Shown here piece after piece: positions 27,877-46,261 of a DNA stretch of 64,000 nucleotides (its first letter is position 1; each line of letters opens with the position of its first letter). The stretch comes from the human T2T-CHM13v2.0 reference genome, Homo sapiens, in assembly GCF_009914755.1 (NCBI RefSeq), contig NC_060929.1. The stretch is one strand, 5' to 3'. The position numbers and the translations under genes were made by a program. The notes below the pieces were generated by a model. It saw only the letters and a list, made by a program, of their open reading frames with translations, was not told the DNA's origin and searched no databases.

Positions 27877-30800
27877 AAACTAGAAAGATGCTTAATGAGA
27901 AACTGGCTTGGGATGTGTGCATTCAACTCAAAGAGTTAAACCTTTCTTAGGATTCAACAGTTTAGTAGCACTGTTTTTGTCCATTCTGTGAATGGAAATT
28001 TAAGAACTCACTGAGGCCAATGGTGAAAAAGTGAATATCCTAGGATCAAAACTAGAATGAATATATCTTAGAAAATGCATTAGGATGTGTGCACTTATCT
28101 CTCAGTGTTAAACCTTTCTTTTCATTCAGCAGTTTGGAAAAAGTGTTTTGGCAGAATCTGCAAAGGGATAATTGGGTGCACATTGAGGCCTATGGTGAAA
28201 ATGGAAATACCTTCAGATAAAAACTAGAAAGAGGATTTCTGACTAACTGCTTTGTGATGTGGACATTCCTGTCACTGAGTTAAACCTTTCTTTAGATTCA
28301 GCTGTTTGGAAACACTGTATTTGTCCATTCTGCCAATGGACATTTGGGAGCTCATTGAACCCGTTGGCAAAAAAGTGAAGATCCCAGGTTAAAAACTACA
28401 AGGATGCTATCAGAGAAACCTCATTGTGATGTGTTCATTAATCTCACAGAGGTAAACCTTTCTTTTCTTTCAGTAGTTTGGCGACATTGTTTTGGTAGAA
28501 TCTGCAAAGTGTTGTTTGGGAGCTCATTGAGACCTATGATGAAAAAGGAAATATCTTCACATAAAAAATGGAGAGAAGCTTTCTGGGAAACCGCTTTGTG
28601 ATGTGTGCATTGATCTCACATTCGTAAACCTTTCTTTGGATTCAGCAGTTTGGAAACACTGTTTTTGTAGACTCTGAGAAGGGTTTTTTTGTAGCTCATT
28701 GAGCCCAAAGACAAAAAAGGGAATATCATAGGATGAAAACTAGTAGGAAGCTTTCTGTGAAACTGCTTTGTGATGTGTGCATTCAAATTGCAGGGTTAAA
28801 CCTTTCTATTCATTCAGCAGTTTGGAAAAACTGTTTTGGTAGAATCTGCAAAGGGATATTTGGGAGCACATTGAGGCTTATGTTGAAAAAGGAAATCTCT
28901 TCAGATGAAAACTAGAAAGAATGTTTCTGAGAAACTGCTTTGTGATGTGAGCATTCATCTCAGAGAGTTAAACATTTCTTTTCATTCAGCAGCTTGCAAA
29001 TACTGTTTTAGTAGAATCTGCGATGGAATATTTGGGAGTGCATTGAGGCCTATGGTGAAATATGAACTATCTTCAGATAAAAAGTAGAATGAAGCATTCT
29101 GAGGACCTGCTTTGTGATGTGTGCATTCATCTCATAGAGCTAAACGTTTCTTTGGATTAAGCAGTTTGGAAACACTGTTTTTGTCCATTCTGCAAATGGA
29201 CACTTGGGAGCTCATTGAGACCAATGGCAAAAAACCGAATATCTCAGGATAAAAAGTAGAAGGAATCTATCTGAGAAACCACTTTGTGACGTGTGCATTC
29301 ATTTCACAGAGTTAAACCTTTTTTGTCATTCAGCAGTTTGGAAATACTGTTTTGGTAGAATCTGTGAAGGGATATACAGAAGTGCATTGAGGTCTATGGT
29401 GAAAAATAAAATATCTTCAGATAAATACTGGAAAGAAGCTTAATGAGAAATTGGTTTGAGATGAGTGCATTCATGTCACAGAGTTAAAGTTTTCTTTTCA
29501 TTAAACAATTTGGAAAAACCGTTTCTGCAGAATCTGCGAAGGGATATTTGGGAGCGCAAGGAGGCCTATGTTGAAAAAGGAAATATCTTCAGATAAAGAA
29601 ATGAAATAAGCTTTCTAGGAAACTCCTTTGTGATGTGTTCATTCACCTCACAGTGATAAAACATTCTTCGGATTCAGCAGTTTCAAAACACTGTTTTTGT
29701 CCATTCTGTGAGTGGACGTTAGGGAGTTCATTGCGGCCAATGGCGAAAAAGCGAATATCCCAGGATTAAAACTAGAAGGAAGCTATCTGAGACACTGCTT
29801 TGTGATGTGTACATTCATCTCACAGAGTTAAATCTTTCTTTTCATTTAGTACTTTTGAAACACTGTTTTGGTAGAATCTGTGAAGGAACATTTAGGAGTG
29901 CTTTGAGGCCTATAATGAAAAAGGAAATATCTTCAGATAAAAACTTGAAAGAAGCTTTCTGAGAAATTGCTTCGTGATGTGTGCATTCATTTCTGAGAGC
30001 TAAATCTCTTTTGCCTACAGCAGTTTGGAAACTCTATTTTTGCCTATCAGAAGGGACAACTGGGAACTCTTTGAGGCCAATGGCAAAAAAGGGAATATCT
30101 TGGGATGAAAACTAGAAGGAAGCTATCTGAGAAAACGCTTTGTGATGTGAGCAAACATCTTGCATAGTTAAACCTTTCTTTTCATTCCATAGTTGGTCAA
30201 CACTGGTTGGGAAGAATCTGTGAAGGGATATTTGGGAGCGCATTGAGGCTTATGGTGAAAAACGAAATTCCTTCAGATAAAAACTACAAAGAAGCTTTCG
30301 GAGAAACTGCATTGTGATGTGTGTATGTAGCTCACAGAGTTAATCCTTTCTTTGGATTCAGCAGTTTTGAAACACTCTTTTTGTCCATTCGGCAAGTGGA
30401 CATTTGGGAACTCCTTGAGGCCAATGGTGAAAAAGTGAATATACAAGGATAAAACTACCAGGAAGCTATCTGAGAAACTGCTTTGTGATGTGTACCTTCA
30501 TCTCACAGAGTTAAACCTTTCTTACCATTCAGCAGTTTGGAAACACTCTGTTGGTAGAATCTGTGAAGGGATATTTGGGAGAGCACAGATTCATATGGTG
30601 AAAAAGGAAATATATTCAGATAAAAAATAGAAATAAATTTCTGGGAAACTGCTTTGTGATACTTTCATTCATCTCACAGAGTTAAACATTTCCTTAGATT
30701 CAGCAGTTTTGAAGCACTGTTTTTTTTAGAATCTGCCAAGGGATATTTGGGAGCTCATTGAGTCCAAAGGCAAAAAGTGAATATCCAAGTGTAAAGACTA

Positions 30801-31740
30801 GAAGGAAGCTATCTGAGAAACTGCATTGTGATGTGTGCATTCATCTCACAGAGTTAAACTTTTCTTTTCATTCAGCAGTTTGGAAACACTGTTTTGGTAG
30901 AATCTGTGAAGGGATGATTTGGAGCTCCTTGAGACCTATGGTGAAAAAGGACATATCTTCAGAAAAACTAGAAAGAAGCTTTCTGACAAAATGCTTTCTG
31001 AAGTGTGAATTCCTCTCACAAGGTTAAACCTTTCTTTGGATACATCAGTTTTGAAACACTGTTTTTGTGAATTCCGTGAATGGATATTTTGGAGCTCATG
31101 GAGGCCGATGGTGAAAAAGTGAATATCCCAGGACAATAACTAGAATGAAGCTATCTGAGATTCATTAATGTGTGCATTAATCTTGCAGAGTTAAACATTT
31201 CTTTTCATTCAGCAGTTTGGAAGCACTGTTTTGAAGAATCTGCAAAGGTTTTTTTGGGAGCCAATTGTAGCCTATGGTGAAAAAGGAAATATCTTCAGAT
31301 AGAACCTAGAAATAAGCTTCTGGGAAACTTCTTTGTGATGTGTTCTTTCATCTCACAGCGGAAAACTTTTCTCTGGATTCAGCAGTTTGGAAGCTCTGTT
31401 TTTGTACAATCAGTGAAGGGATATTTGGGAGCTCATTGAGTCCAAAGGTGAAAAATAGAATATCTCAGGAAAAAAACCAGAAGGAAGCTATCTGAGAAAC
31501 TGCTTTGTGATGTGTGCATTTATCTCACAGAGTTAAACCTTTGTTTTCATTCAGCACTTTGGGGACACTATTTTGGTGAAATCTGCAAAGGTGTATTTGG
31601 GAGCACAATCAGGCTCACGGTGAAAAAGGAAATACTTTCAGATAAGAGATAGAAATAACTTTCTGGGAAACTGCTTTGTGATGCGTCCATTCATCTCACA
31701 TAGCTAAACCTTTCTTTATATTCAGCATTTTGGAAACACT
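27877..31740 (+). repeat. Alpha satellite, block 2b
   Basis: Dimeric ~171-bp units resume in register after the TSD. Confidence 0.97.
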
Positions 31741-35940
<4,200 letters not shown>

Positions 35941-38900
35941 GGAAAAACTGTTATTTTAGAATATGCGAAGGAATATTTGAGAGCTCATTGAGTCCAAAGG
36001 CCAAAAAGTGAGAATCCAATGATAAAAACTAGTGGGACGCTATCTGAGTAAGGGATTTGTGATGTACGAATTAATCTTGCAGAGTTAAACCTTTCTTTGA
36101 ATTCAGAGTTAAACTTTTGTTTTTATTCAGCAGTTTGGAAAAACTGTTTTGTTAAAACCTGTGAAGAGATACTTGGGAGCACATTGAGGCCTATTGTGGA
36201 AAAGGAAATATCTTCAGATAAAAACTGTAACTAAGCTGTCTGGGAAACTGCTTTGTGATGTGTTTTTCATCTCACAGAGTTAAACCTTTGGATTCACCAG
36301 TTTGGAAACACTGATTTGTGTAATCTGCAAAGGGATATTTGGGAGCTCATTGAGTCCAAAGGAAGAAAATCGAAGATCCCAGGTTAAAAACTAGCAGGAA
36401 GCTATCTGAGAAACTGCTTTGTTATGTGTGCATTCTTCTCACAGAGTTAAACCTTTGTTTTCATTCAGCAGTTTGGAAACACCGTTTTGGTAGAATCTGT
36501 GAAGGGATATTTTGGAGTGCATTGAGGCCTATAGTGAAAAATGAAATATTGTCATATGAAAACTAGAAAGTAACTTTCTGAGAAACTGCTTTGTGATGTG
36601 TGCATTCATCTCACAGGGTTAAATTTTTCTTTGGATTCAACAGTTTGATAACACTATTTTTGTCCATTCTGTGAATGGACATGTGGGAACTCATTGAAGT
36701 CTAAGGCAAAAAAGAGAATATCCCAGGATAAAAACTAGAAGGAAGCTAGGTGAGAGACCACTTTGTGATGTTTGCATTAATCTCACAGAGTTCAAACATT
36801 CTTTTCATTCAGCAGTTTGGAAACATTGTTTTGGCAGAATCTGCGAAGGGATACTTCGGAGTGCATTGAGGCCTAGGGTGAAAAATAAATATCTTCAGAT
36901 ACAAACTAGAAAGATGCTTTCTGAGAAGTGGCAATCACCTCACAGAGTTAAACGTTTCTCTGGATTCAGCAGTTTGGAAGCACTGTTTTTGTAGAATCTG
37001 AAAAGGGATATTTGGGAGCTCATTGAGTCCAAAGGTGAAAAACAAAATATCCTAGGGTAAAAACCAGAAGGCAGCTATCTGAGAAACTGCTTTGTGATGT
37101 CTGCATTCTTCTGACTGAGTTAAACCTTTGTTTTAATTCAGCAGCTTGGAAACACCGTTTTGGTAAATCTGAGAAGGGATATTTGGGAGTGCAGTGAAGC
37201 CTATGGTGAAAAATGAAATATCAACATATTAAAACTAGAAAGAAGCTTTCTGAGAAACTGCAATGTGATGTGTGCATTCATCTCAAAGAGTTAAATTTTT
37301 CTTTCTATTCAGCAGTTTGAAAACACTGTTTTTGTCCTTTCTGCAAATGGACATGTGGGAAGTCATTGATGCCAAAAGTGAAAAAGAGAATATCCCAGGA
37401 TAAAAAATAGAAGGAAGCTAGGTCAGAAACCACTTTGTGATGTGAGCATTAATCTCGTAGAGTTACAACATTCTTTTCATTCTGCAGTTTGGAAACATTG
37501 TATTTTGTAGAACCTTCAAAGGGATATTTGGGTGAGAATTGAGGGTTATAGTGAAAAAAGAAATATCTTCAGATAGAAACTAAAAGAATCTTTCTAAGAA
37601 ACTGCTTAGTGATATGTGCATCCATCTCACAGAGTTAAAACTATCTTTGGATTCAGCAATTTGGATACAATATTTTTGTCCATTCTGTGAATGCACATTT
37701 GGGAACACATTGAAGTCAATGGCAAAAAACAGAATATCCCAGGAAAAAAATAGACAGAAGCTATTTGAGAAACTGCTTTGTGATGTGTGCATTCATCTCA
37801 AAGAGTTAAACCTTACTTTCCATTCAGCAGTTTGGAAACACTGTTTTGATAAATTTGTGAAGGGATAGCTCAGAGCACATTCAGGACTATGGGTGAAAAA
37901 GAAAATATCTTCAGGTACAAACTAAAAAGAAGCTGTGATGTGTGCATTCATCTCCTAGAGTTAAAACTTTCTTTTCATTCAGCAGTTTAGAAACACTGTT
38001 TTGGTGGAATTTGCAAAGGGATATTTGGGAGCACTTTGAGTACTATGGTGAATAAGTAATATCTTCAGATAAAAACTAGAAAGAAGCTTAATGAAAAACT
38101 GGTTTGGGATGTGTGCACTCATCTCACAGAGTTAAATCTTTTTTTGGATTAAGCAATTTGGTAACACTGATTTTGTCCATTCTGCAAAATAACATTTGGG
38201 AGGTTATTGAGGATAAAGGCAAAAAAAGCAAATATACAAGGATAAAAACTAGAAGGAAGCTATTGGAGAAACTGCTGTGATGTGTGCATTCATCTCGCTG
38301 AGTTAAAATTGTCTTTTCATTCAGCAGTTTGGAAAAACTGTTGTTGTAGGATATGTGAAGGGATATTTGGGAGAGCTTTGAGGCCTATGGTGAAAAAGGA
38401 AATATCTTCAGATAAAAACTGGAAAGTAGCTTTCTGAGAAACTGCTTTGTGATGTGAGGATACATCTCACATTGTTAAAAGATTCTTTAGATTTAGCAGT
38501 TTGGAAAGACTATTTTTGAAATTCTGTGAAGGGATATTTGGGGGCTTATTGAGGCCAAAGGAGAAAAAGTGAATAACCTAGGATAAAAAGTTGAAGGAAT
38601 CTATCTGAAAAAGAGCTTTGTGATGTGTGCATTCATCTCCCACAGTTAAACCTTCCTTTTCATTCAGCAGTTTGGAAACACTGTTTTTGTAGAATCTGCA
38701 AAGGGACATTTTGTAGGGCATTGAGGCCTGTGGTGAAAAATGAATTATCTTCAGAGAATAACTAGACAGAAGCTTTCTGAGAAACTTCTTTGTAATGTGT
38801 GCATTCATCTCACAGAGTTAAACCTTTCTTTGGATTCAGTAGTTTGGAAACACTGTTTTTGTAATTTCTGTGAATGGACATTTAGTAACTAATTGATTCC

Positions 38901-41456
38901 TATGGCAAAAAAGTGAATAGCACAGGATTAAAACTAGAAGGAAACTCTCTGAGAAATTGCTTTGTGATGTGTGTATTCATCTCACAGAGTTAAACTTTTA
39001 TTTTCATTCAGCAGTTTGGAAACACTCTTTTGGTAGAATCTGTGAGGGGATATTTATGTGCACATTGAGGACTATGGCAAAAAATAATGTCTTCAGAAAA
39101 AAACTAGAAAGAAACTTCCTGAGAAACGGCTTAGTGATATGTGCATTCAACTCACAGAGATAAATCTTGCTTTGGATTCAGCTATTTGGAAACATTGTTC
39201 TTGTCCTTTCTGTGAATGGATATTTGGGAGCTCCTTAAGGCCAATGGCATAAAAGAGAATATCTCAGGATAAAAACTGCAAGGAAGCTATCTGAGAATCC
39301 GTGTTATGACACGTGCTTTCACAGGCAGAGTTAAACTTTTCTTTTTATTCAGAAATTTCAAATCACTGTTTTGGTAAAATCTGCAAAAGGATATTTGAGA
39401 TCACATTGAGGTCTAAGGTGAAAAAAGAATTACCTTCAGATAAAAACTAGAAAGAAACTTTCTGAGAAACTGCTTTGTGATGTATGCATTCTTCTCACAG
39501 AGTCACACCATTCTTTGGATTCACCAGTTTGGAAACACTGTTTTTTTTAGGATCGGCAAAGGGATATTTTGGAGCTCTTTGAGTCCAAAGAGGAAAAAGG
39601 AAATATCCCAGGATAAAAACTAGAAGGAAGCTATCTGAGAAAAAGATATGTGATGTGTGTATACATCTCACAGAGTTAAACATTTCTTTTCACTCAGCAG
39701 ATTGGAAACACTGTTTTGGTACAATCCACAAAGGGATATTTGTGAGCACATAGAGGTGTATGGTGAAAAGGGAAATATCTTCAGATTAAATCCGGAAAGA
39801 AGCTTTCTGAGAAACTTCTTTGTGATGTGTGCATTCATTTCATAGAGTTAAACATTTCCTTGGAGTAAGCAGTTTGGAAAAACTGTTTTTTTTTACAATC
39901 TGCAAAGGGATATTTTGGAGCTCTTTGAGTCCAAAGAAGAAAAAGTGAATATCCCAGGATAAACACTAGAAGGAACTTATAAAAGAAACCCCTTTGCAAT
40001 ATGTGCATTAGTCTCTCAGAGTTAGATCTTTGTTTTCATTCAGCAGTTTAGAAACACTGTTTTCGTAGACCCTCCGAAGGGATATTTAGGAGCTCCTAGA
40101 GTCCAAAGGAAAAAAAAGGAACATACCAGGATAACAATTAGAAGAAATGTATCTGAGAAATCGCTTTGTGATGTGTGCAATCATTTCACAGAGTGAAGGT
40201 TTTCTTTGGATTCAGCAGTTTGAAAACACTGTTTTTGTCCATTCTACAAATGGACATTTACAACCTCATTGAGGCCAATGGCAAAAAAGTGATTATCAGA
40301 AGACAATAACTAGAAGGAATCTATCTGAGAAACTGCTTTGTGATAAGGGTATTCATCTGGCAGATTTAAACCTTTCTTTTCATTCAGCAGTTTGGAATCA
40401 CTCTTGTGGTAGAACGTGTGAAGAGATATTGGGGATCGCATAGAAGCTTATGCTGAAAAAGGAAATATCTTCAGATTTAAACTAGAAAGAAGCTTTCTGA
40501 GAAATTGCTTTTTGAAGATCACATTCATCTCACAGAGTCTTTGGATTCACACTTCTTTGGAATCAGCAGTTTGGAAACACTGTCTTTTGCCATTCTGTCA
40601 ATGGACATTTGGGAGCTTAATTGTGAGAAAGATAATATTCTACGAAAAAAACTAGAAGGAAGCTATCTGAGAAACCACTTTGTGACTTTTGCATTCATCT
40701 TGCAGAGTTAAACCTTTCTTTTAATTCAGCAGTTTGGTAACACTGTTTTGGTAGAATCTGTGAAGGGATATTTGGGAGCAAATTGAGGCCTATGGTGAAA
40801 AAGGAAAATTTCTTCAGATAAAAACTAGAAAAAATGTTTCTGAGAAAATGCTTTGTGGTGTGTGTGTTCACCTCACAGAGTTAAACATTTCTTTGGATTC
40901 ATGTATTTGGAAACACTCTTTTTGTTCGTTCGGCAAATGGACATTTGAAACTCATTGAGGCCAATGTTGAAAAAGTCAATATCCGAGGATAAAAACTACA
41001 AGGAAGTTATCTGAGAAACTGCTTTGTGAGGTGTGCATTCATTTCCTAGTGTTAAAACTTTCCTTTTATTCTGCATTTTGGACTCACTGTTTTGCAGTAA
41101 CTGTGAAGTGAAATTTGGGAGCACATTGAGGTCTTTGATGATATAGGAAATATCGCCAGATAAAAACTAGAAAGAAGCTTTCTGAGAAACTGCTTTGTGA
41201 TGTGTGCATTTATCTCACAGGCTTAAACGTCTTTGGATTCAGCAGTTTGAAAACACTCTTATTGTCCATTATGCAAATGGGCATTTTGTTCTCATTAAGG
41301 CCAATGGCAAAAAAGTGAATATCCCAGGATAAAATACAGGAAGGAAGCTATCTGAGAAATTGCGTTTTTACGTGTGCATTCATCTGTCAGGTGTAAACAT
41401 TTCTTTTCATTCAGCAGTTTGCAAACACTGTTTTGGTAGAATCTGCAAAGGGATAT
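35941..41456 (+). repeat. Alpha satellite, block 2c
   Basis: Dimeric units continue in register across L1 copy d. A hybrid monomer with GAGTCCAAAG recurs. Confidence 0.97.
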
Positions 41457-41472
41457 ATATATATATATATAT
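41453..41472. repeat. (AT)10 microsatellite
   Basis: ATATATATATATATATATAT at the TSD/tail junction of L1 copy e. Confidence 0.9.
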
Positions 41473-41842
41473 TTAATTTTATTATTATGCTTTAAGTTTT
41501 ACAGTACATGTGCACAATATGGAGGTTTGTTACATATGTATACATGTGTCATATCCGTGTGCTGCACCCATTAACTCGTCATTTAGCATTAGGTATATCC
41601 CCTAATGCTATTCCTCCCCCCTCCCCCCACCCCACAACCGTCCCCGGAGTGTGATGTTCCCCTTCCTGTGTCCAGGTGTTCTCATTGTTCCATTCCCACA
41701 TATGAGTGAGAACATGTGGTGTTTGGTTTTTTGTCCTTGCAATAGTTAGCTGAGAATGATGGTTTCCAGTTTCATTCATGTCCCTACAAAGGACATGAAC
41801 TTATCACTTTTTATGGCTGCATAGTATTCCTTGGTGTATATG
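41473..41842 (-). mobile_element. LINE-1 copy e, 5'-truncated (~370 bp), L1PA3-like, with ~13-bp TSD
   Basis: Reverse-complement 3'UTR (CATTTAGCATTAGGTATAT) and the end of ORF2. TSD is TGCAAAGGGATAT (41444-41456) and TGCGAAGGGATAT (41841-41853), with one CpG-type mismatch. Confidence 0.93.
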
Positions 41843-44800
41843 CGAAGGGATATTTTTGAGCACAATGAGGCCTGTGGTGAAAAAGGAAATATCTTCAGAT
41901 AAAAATAGTAAGAAGCTCTCTGAGAAACTGCTTTGTGATGTGTGCCTTCATCTCACAGAGTCATACGTTTCCTTGGATACATCTGTTTGGAAACACTGTT
42001 TTTGTCCATTCTGCAAATCGACATTTGGAAACCCATTGAGGCCAAAGGTGAAAAAATGAATATCCCAGGATAAAAACTAGAAGAAAACTATCTGAGAAAC
42101 CATGTTGTGATGTAGGCATTCATCTTCTAAAGTTAAACCTTTGTTTTCATTCAGCAGTTTGGAAACACTGTTTTGGCTGAATCTGCAAAGGGATATTTGG
42201 GAGTGCATAGAGGCCTATGGTGAAAAAGGAAATATCTTCAGATAAAAACAAGAAAGAATCTTTTTGAGTAACTGCTTTGTGATGTGTGCATTCATCTCAC
42301 AGAGTTAAACATTTCTTTGGATTCAGCAGTTTGTAAACATCGTTTTTTTCAATTCTGTGAGTGGAGTTTTTGTAAGTCATTGAGGTCAATGGTGAAAAAG
42401 CAGATATCCCTGGATAAAAACTAGAAGGAAGCTATCTGAGAAACTGCGTCATGATGTGTGCATTCATCTCTCACAGTTAAACCTTTCTTTGCATTCAGCA
42501 GTTTGGAAACACTGTTTTGGTGGAATCTGTAGCGGGAAATTTGGGAGCACATTGAGTCCTATGGTGAAAAAAGAATTATCTTCAGATAAAAATTAGAAAG
42601 AAGGTTTGTGAGTAACTGCTTTTGATGTCTGCATTCTTCTCACAGAGTTAAACGTTTCTTTGGATTCAGCAGTTTGGAAACACTGTTTTTGTCCATTCTG
42701 AGAATGGACATTGGGGAAATCATTTAGACCAATGGCAAAAAAGTGAATATCCCAGGATAAAAACTAGAAGGAAGCTATCTGAGAAACCTCATTGTGATGT
42801 GTGCATTCATCTCATAAAGTTAAACCTTTCTTTTCACTCAGCACTTTGGAAATACTGTTTTGGTAGAAACTGTGAAGGGATATTTGGGAGTGCCTTGAGG
42901 CCTATGGTGAAAAAGGAGCTATCTTCAGATAAAAACTAGAAAGAAGATTTCTGAGAAACTGCTTTCAATTTGTGTATTCTACTCACAGAGTTATATGTTT
43001 CTTTCAATTCATCTTTTTGGAAACAGCTTTTTTGTCCATTCTCTGAATGGACATTTGGGAACTCACTGAGGCCAATGGTGAAAAGGTGAATATCTCAGGA
43101 CAAAAACTAGAAGGAGGCTATATGAGAAACCACTTTGTGATGTGTGCATTCATCTCTTAACCTTAAACCTTTCTTTTCATTCAGTAATTTGGACACAATG
43201 TATTGGCTGAATCTGTGAAGGGATATTTGGGAGTGCATTGAGACCTACGGTGAAAAAGAAAGTAAATTCAGATAAAAACTAGAAAGAATCTTTCTGAGAA
43301 ACTGCTTTGTGATGTGTGCATTCATCTCACAGACTTAAACTTTTATTTGGATTCAGCAGTTTGGAAACACTGTTTTTGTCCATTCTGTGAATGGGCATTT
43401 GGGAGCTCATTGGGGCCAATGGCAAGACGTGAATATCCCAGTATAAATACTGGAAGAAAGCTATCTGAGAAACCTTGGTGTGATGTGTGCATTCATCTCC
43501 CAGAGTTAAACTTTTCTTTCCACTCAGTAGTTTGGAAACACTGTTTTGGTATAATCTGTGAAGGAATATTTGGGAGTGCATTGAGGCCTATGATGAAAAA
43601 GACAACATCTTAAGACAAAAACTAGAAAGAATGTTTCTGAGAAACTGCTTTGTGATGTGTGCATTCATCTCACAGACTTAACCCTTTCTTTAGATTCAGC
43701 AGTTTGGAAAGATAGATTTTGTGCATTCTGTGAATGGACATTTGGAAAATCATTGAGGCCAAGGGCGAAAAAGTGATTATCCTAGGATAAAAACTAGAAG
43801 GAAGCTATCTGAGATACTGCTTTGTGATGTGTGCATTTATCTCACACAGTTAAAGCTTTCTTTTTATTCAGTAGGTTTGAAAGGTTTTCTTTGGTTGAAT
43901 CTGTGAAGGGATATTTAGGAGTGCTTTGAGGTCTATGGTGAGAAAGGAAATATCCTCAGAGAAAAAGTAGAAAGAGTATTTCTCAGAAACTGCTTTGCGA
44001 TGTGTGCATTCATCTCACAGAATTAAACCTTTCTTTGGATTCAGCAGTTTGGAAACACAGTTTTTTTTCCATTTTGTGTATGGACATTTGGGAACTCATT
44101 GAGGCCAATGGCAAAAAAGTGAATGTCCCAGGATAAAAACTAGAAAGAAGCTATGTGAGACACTGCTTTGTGATATGTGCATTCGTTTCTAGAGTTAAAC
44201 CTTTCTTTTCATTCAGCAGTTTGCAATCACTTTTTTTCAGTATTTATGAAGAGATATTTGGGAGATCATTCAAGCATATGGTGAGAAAGGACACATCATC
44301 TGTTAAACACTAGGGAGAATCTTTCTGAGAAACTATTTTGTGATGTGTGCATTAATCTCACAGAGTTAATCCTTTCTTTTGATTCATATGTTTGGAAAAA
44401 CCTTTTTTTTCCCCATTCTCTGAATGGACATTTGGGAACTTACTGTGGACAGTAGCAAAAAAGAAAAACCCCAGGATAAAAACTAGAAGGAATCTATCTT
44501 AGAAACTCCTTTATGATGTGTCCATTCATCTAACAAAGTGAAACTTTTCTTTTCATTCAGCAGTTTGGAAACACTGTGCTGGTAGAAACAATGAAGGGAT
44601 ATTTGGGAGCACTTTGAGGACTGTGGTGAAAAACGAAATATCTTCAGATGAAAACCAGAAAGAATCTTTCTGAGAAACTACTTTTTGATTTGTGCATCCA
44701 TCTCACAGTTACACCTGTCTTTTGATTCAGCAGTTTGGAAACACTGTTTTTGTTCATTCTGTGAATAGACATTTGGGAACTCATTAAGGCCGATGGAGAA

Positions 44801-46254
44801 GAAGAAATATACCAGGATAAATACTAGAAGGAAGCTATCTGAGAAACCACCTTGTGATGTGTGCATTCATCTGTCAGAGTGAAAGCTTTCTTCTCACTCA
44901 GCAGTTTGGAAAGAGTGTTTCAGTAGAATGTTAGAAGAGATATTTGGGAGTGCATTGTGGCCTATGTTGAAAAAAGAAATATCTTCAGATAAAAACTAGA
45001 AAGAAGATTTGCTGAGAAACTGCTTTGTGATGTGTGCATCCATCTCACAGAGTTAAACATTTCTTTACATTCATCTGTTTGGAAACACTGTTTTTGTCCA
45101 TTCTGCAAATGGACATTTGGGCACTCATTGAGGCCAATGGTGAAAAAGTGATTATCCTAGGATAAAAACTAGAAGGAAGCTATCTGAGAAACCACTTTTT
45201 GATGAGGGCATTCATCACCTAAAGTTAAACTCTTCTATTCATTCAGCAGTTTGGAAACACTGTTTTGGTAGAATCTGGGAATGCATGTTTCGGATCTCCT
45301 TGAGGCCTATGGTGAGAAAGGAAATATCTACACATAAAAACTAGAAAGAATCTTTCTGAGAAACCGCTTTGTGATCTGTGCATTCATCTCACAGAATTAA
45401 ACTTTTCTTTGGATTCAGAAGTTTGGAAACACTGTTTTTGTTTGGAAACACTGTTTTTGTCCATTCTACAAAAGAACATTTGGGAACTCATGTAGACCAA
45501 TGGAGAAAAAGTAAATATCCCAGGATAAAAACTACAAGGAAACTATCTGAGAAACCCTACTGTGATGTGCACATTCATCTCCTAGTGTTAAACCTTTCCT
45601 TTCATTCAGCAGTTTGGAATCACTGTTTTGCAGTATCTGTGAAGGGAAATTTGGGAGCACATTGAGGCCTTTGATGAAATAGGAAATATCTGCAGATAAA
45701 AACTAGAGAGAAACTTTCTGAGAAACTGCTTTGTGATGTGTGCATTCATCTTACAGAGTTAAACGTCTTTGGAGTCAGCAGTTTGGAAACACTGTTTTTG
45801 TGCATTCTGGAAATGGGCATTTCATTCTCCTTAAGGTCAAAGGCAAAAAAGTGAATATCCCAAGACAAATACTGGGAGGAAGCTATATGAGAAAACTCTT
45901 TGTGATATGTGCATTCAGAGTTAAAAATTTCTTTTCATTCAGCAGTTTCGAAACACTGTTTTGGTAGAACCTGTGAAGGGATATTTTTGAGCACATTGAG
46001 TCTTATGGTGAAAAAGGAAATATCTTAATATAAAAACTAGTAAGAAGCTTTCTGAGAAAATGCTTTGTGATGTGTGCCTTCATCTCACAGAGTTAAAGGT
46101 TTCCATGGATTCATCTGTTTGGAAACCCTGTTTTTGCCCATTCACAGAATGGACATTTGGGAACTCATTGAAGCCAAAGGTGAACAAGTGAATATCCCAG
46201 GATAAAAACTAGAAGGAAGCTGTCTGCGAAACCACATTGTGATGTGTGCATTCA
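41841..46254 (+). repeat. Alpha satellite, block 2d
   Basis: Regular A/B dimers ending at GTGATGTGTGCATTCA. Confidence 0.97.
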
Positions 46255-46261
46255 GCACGGT

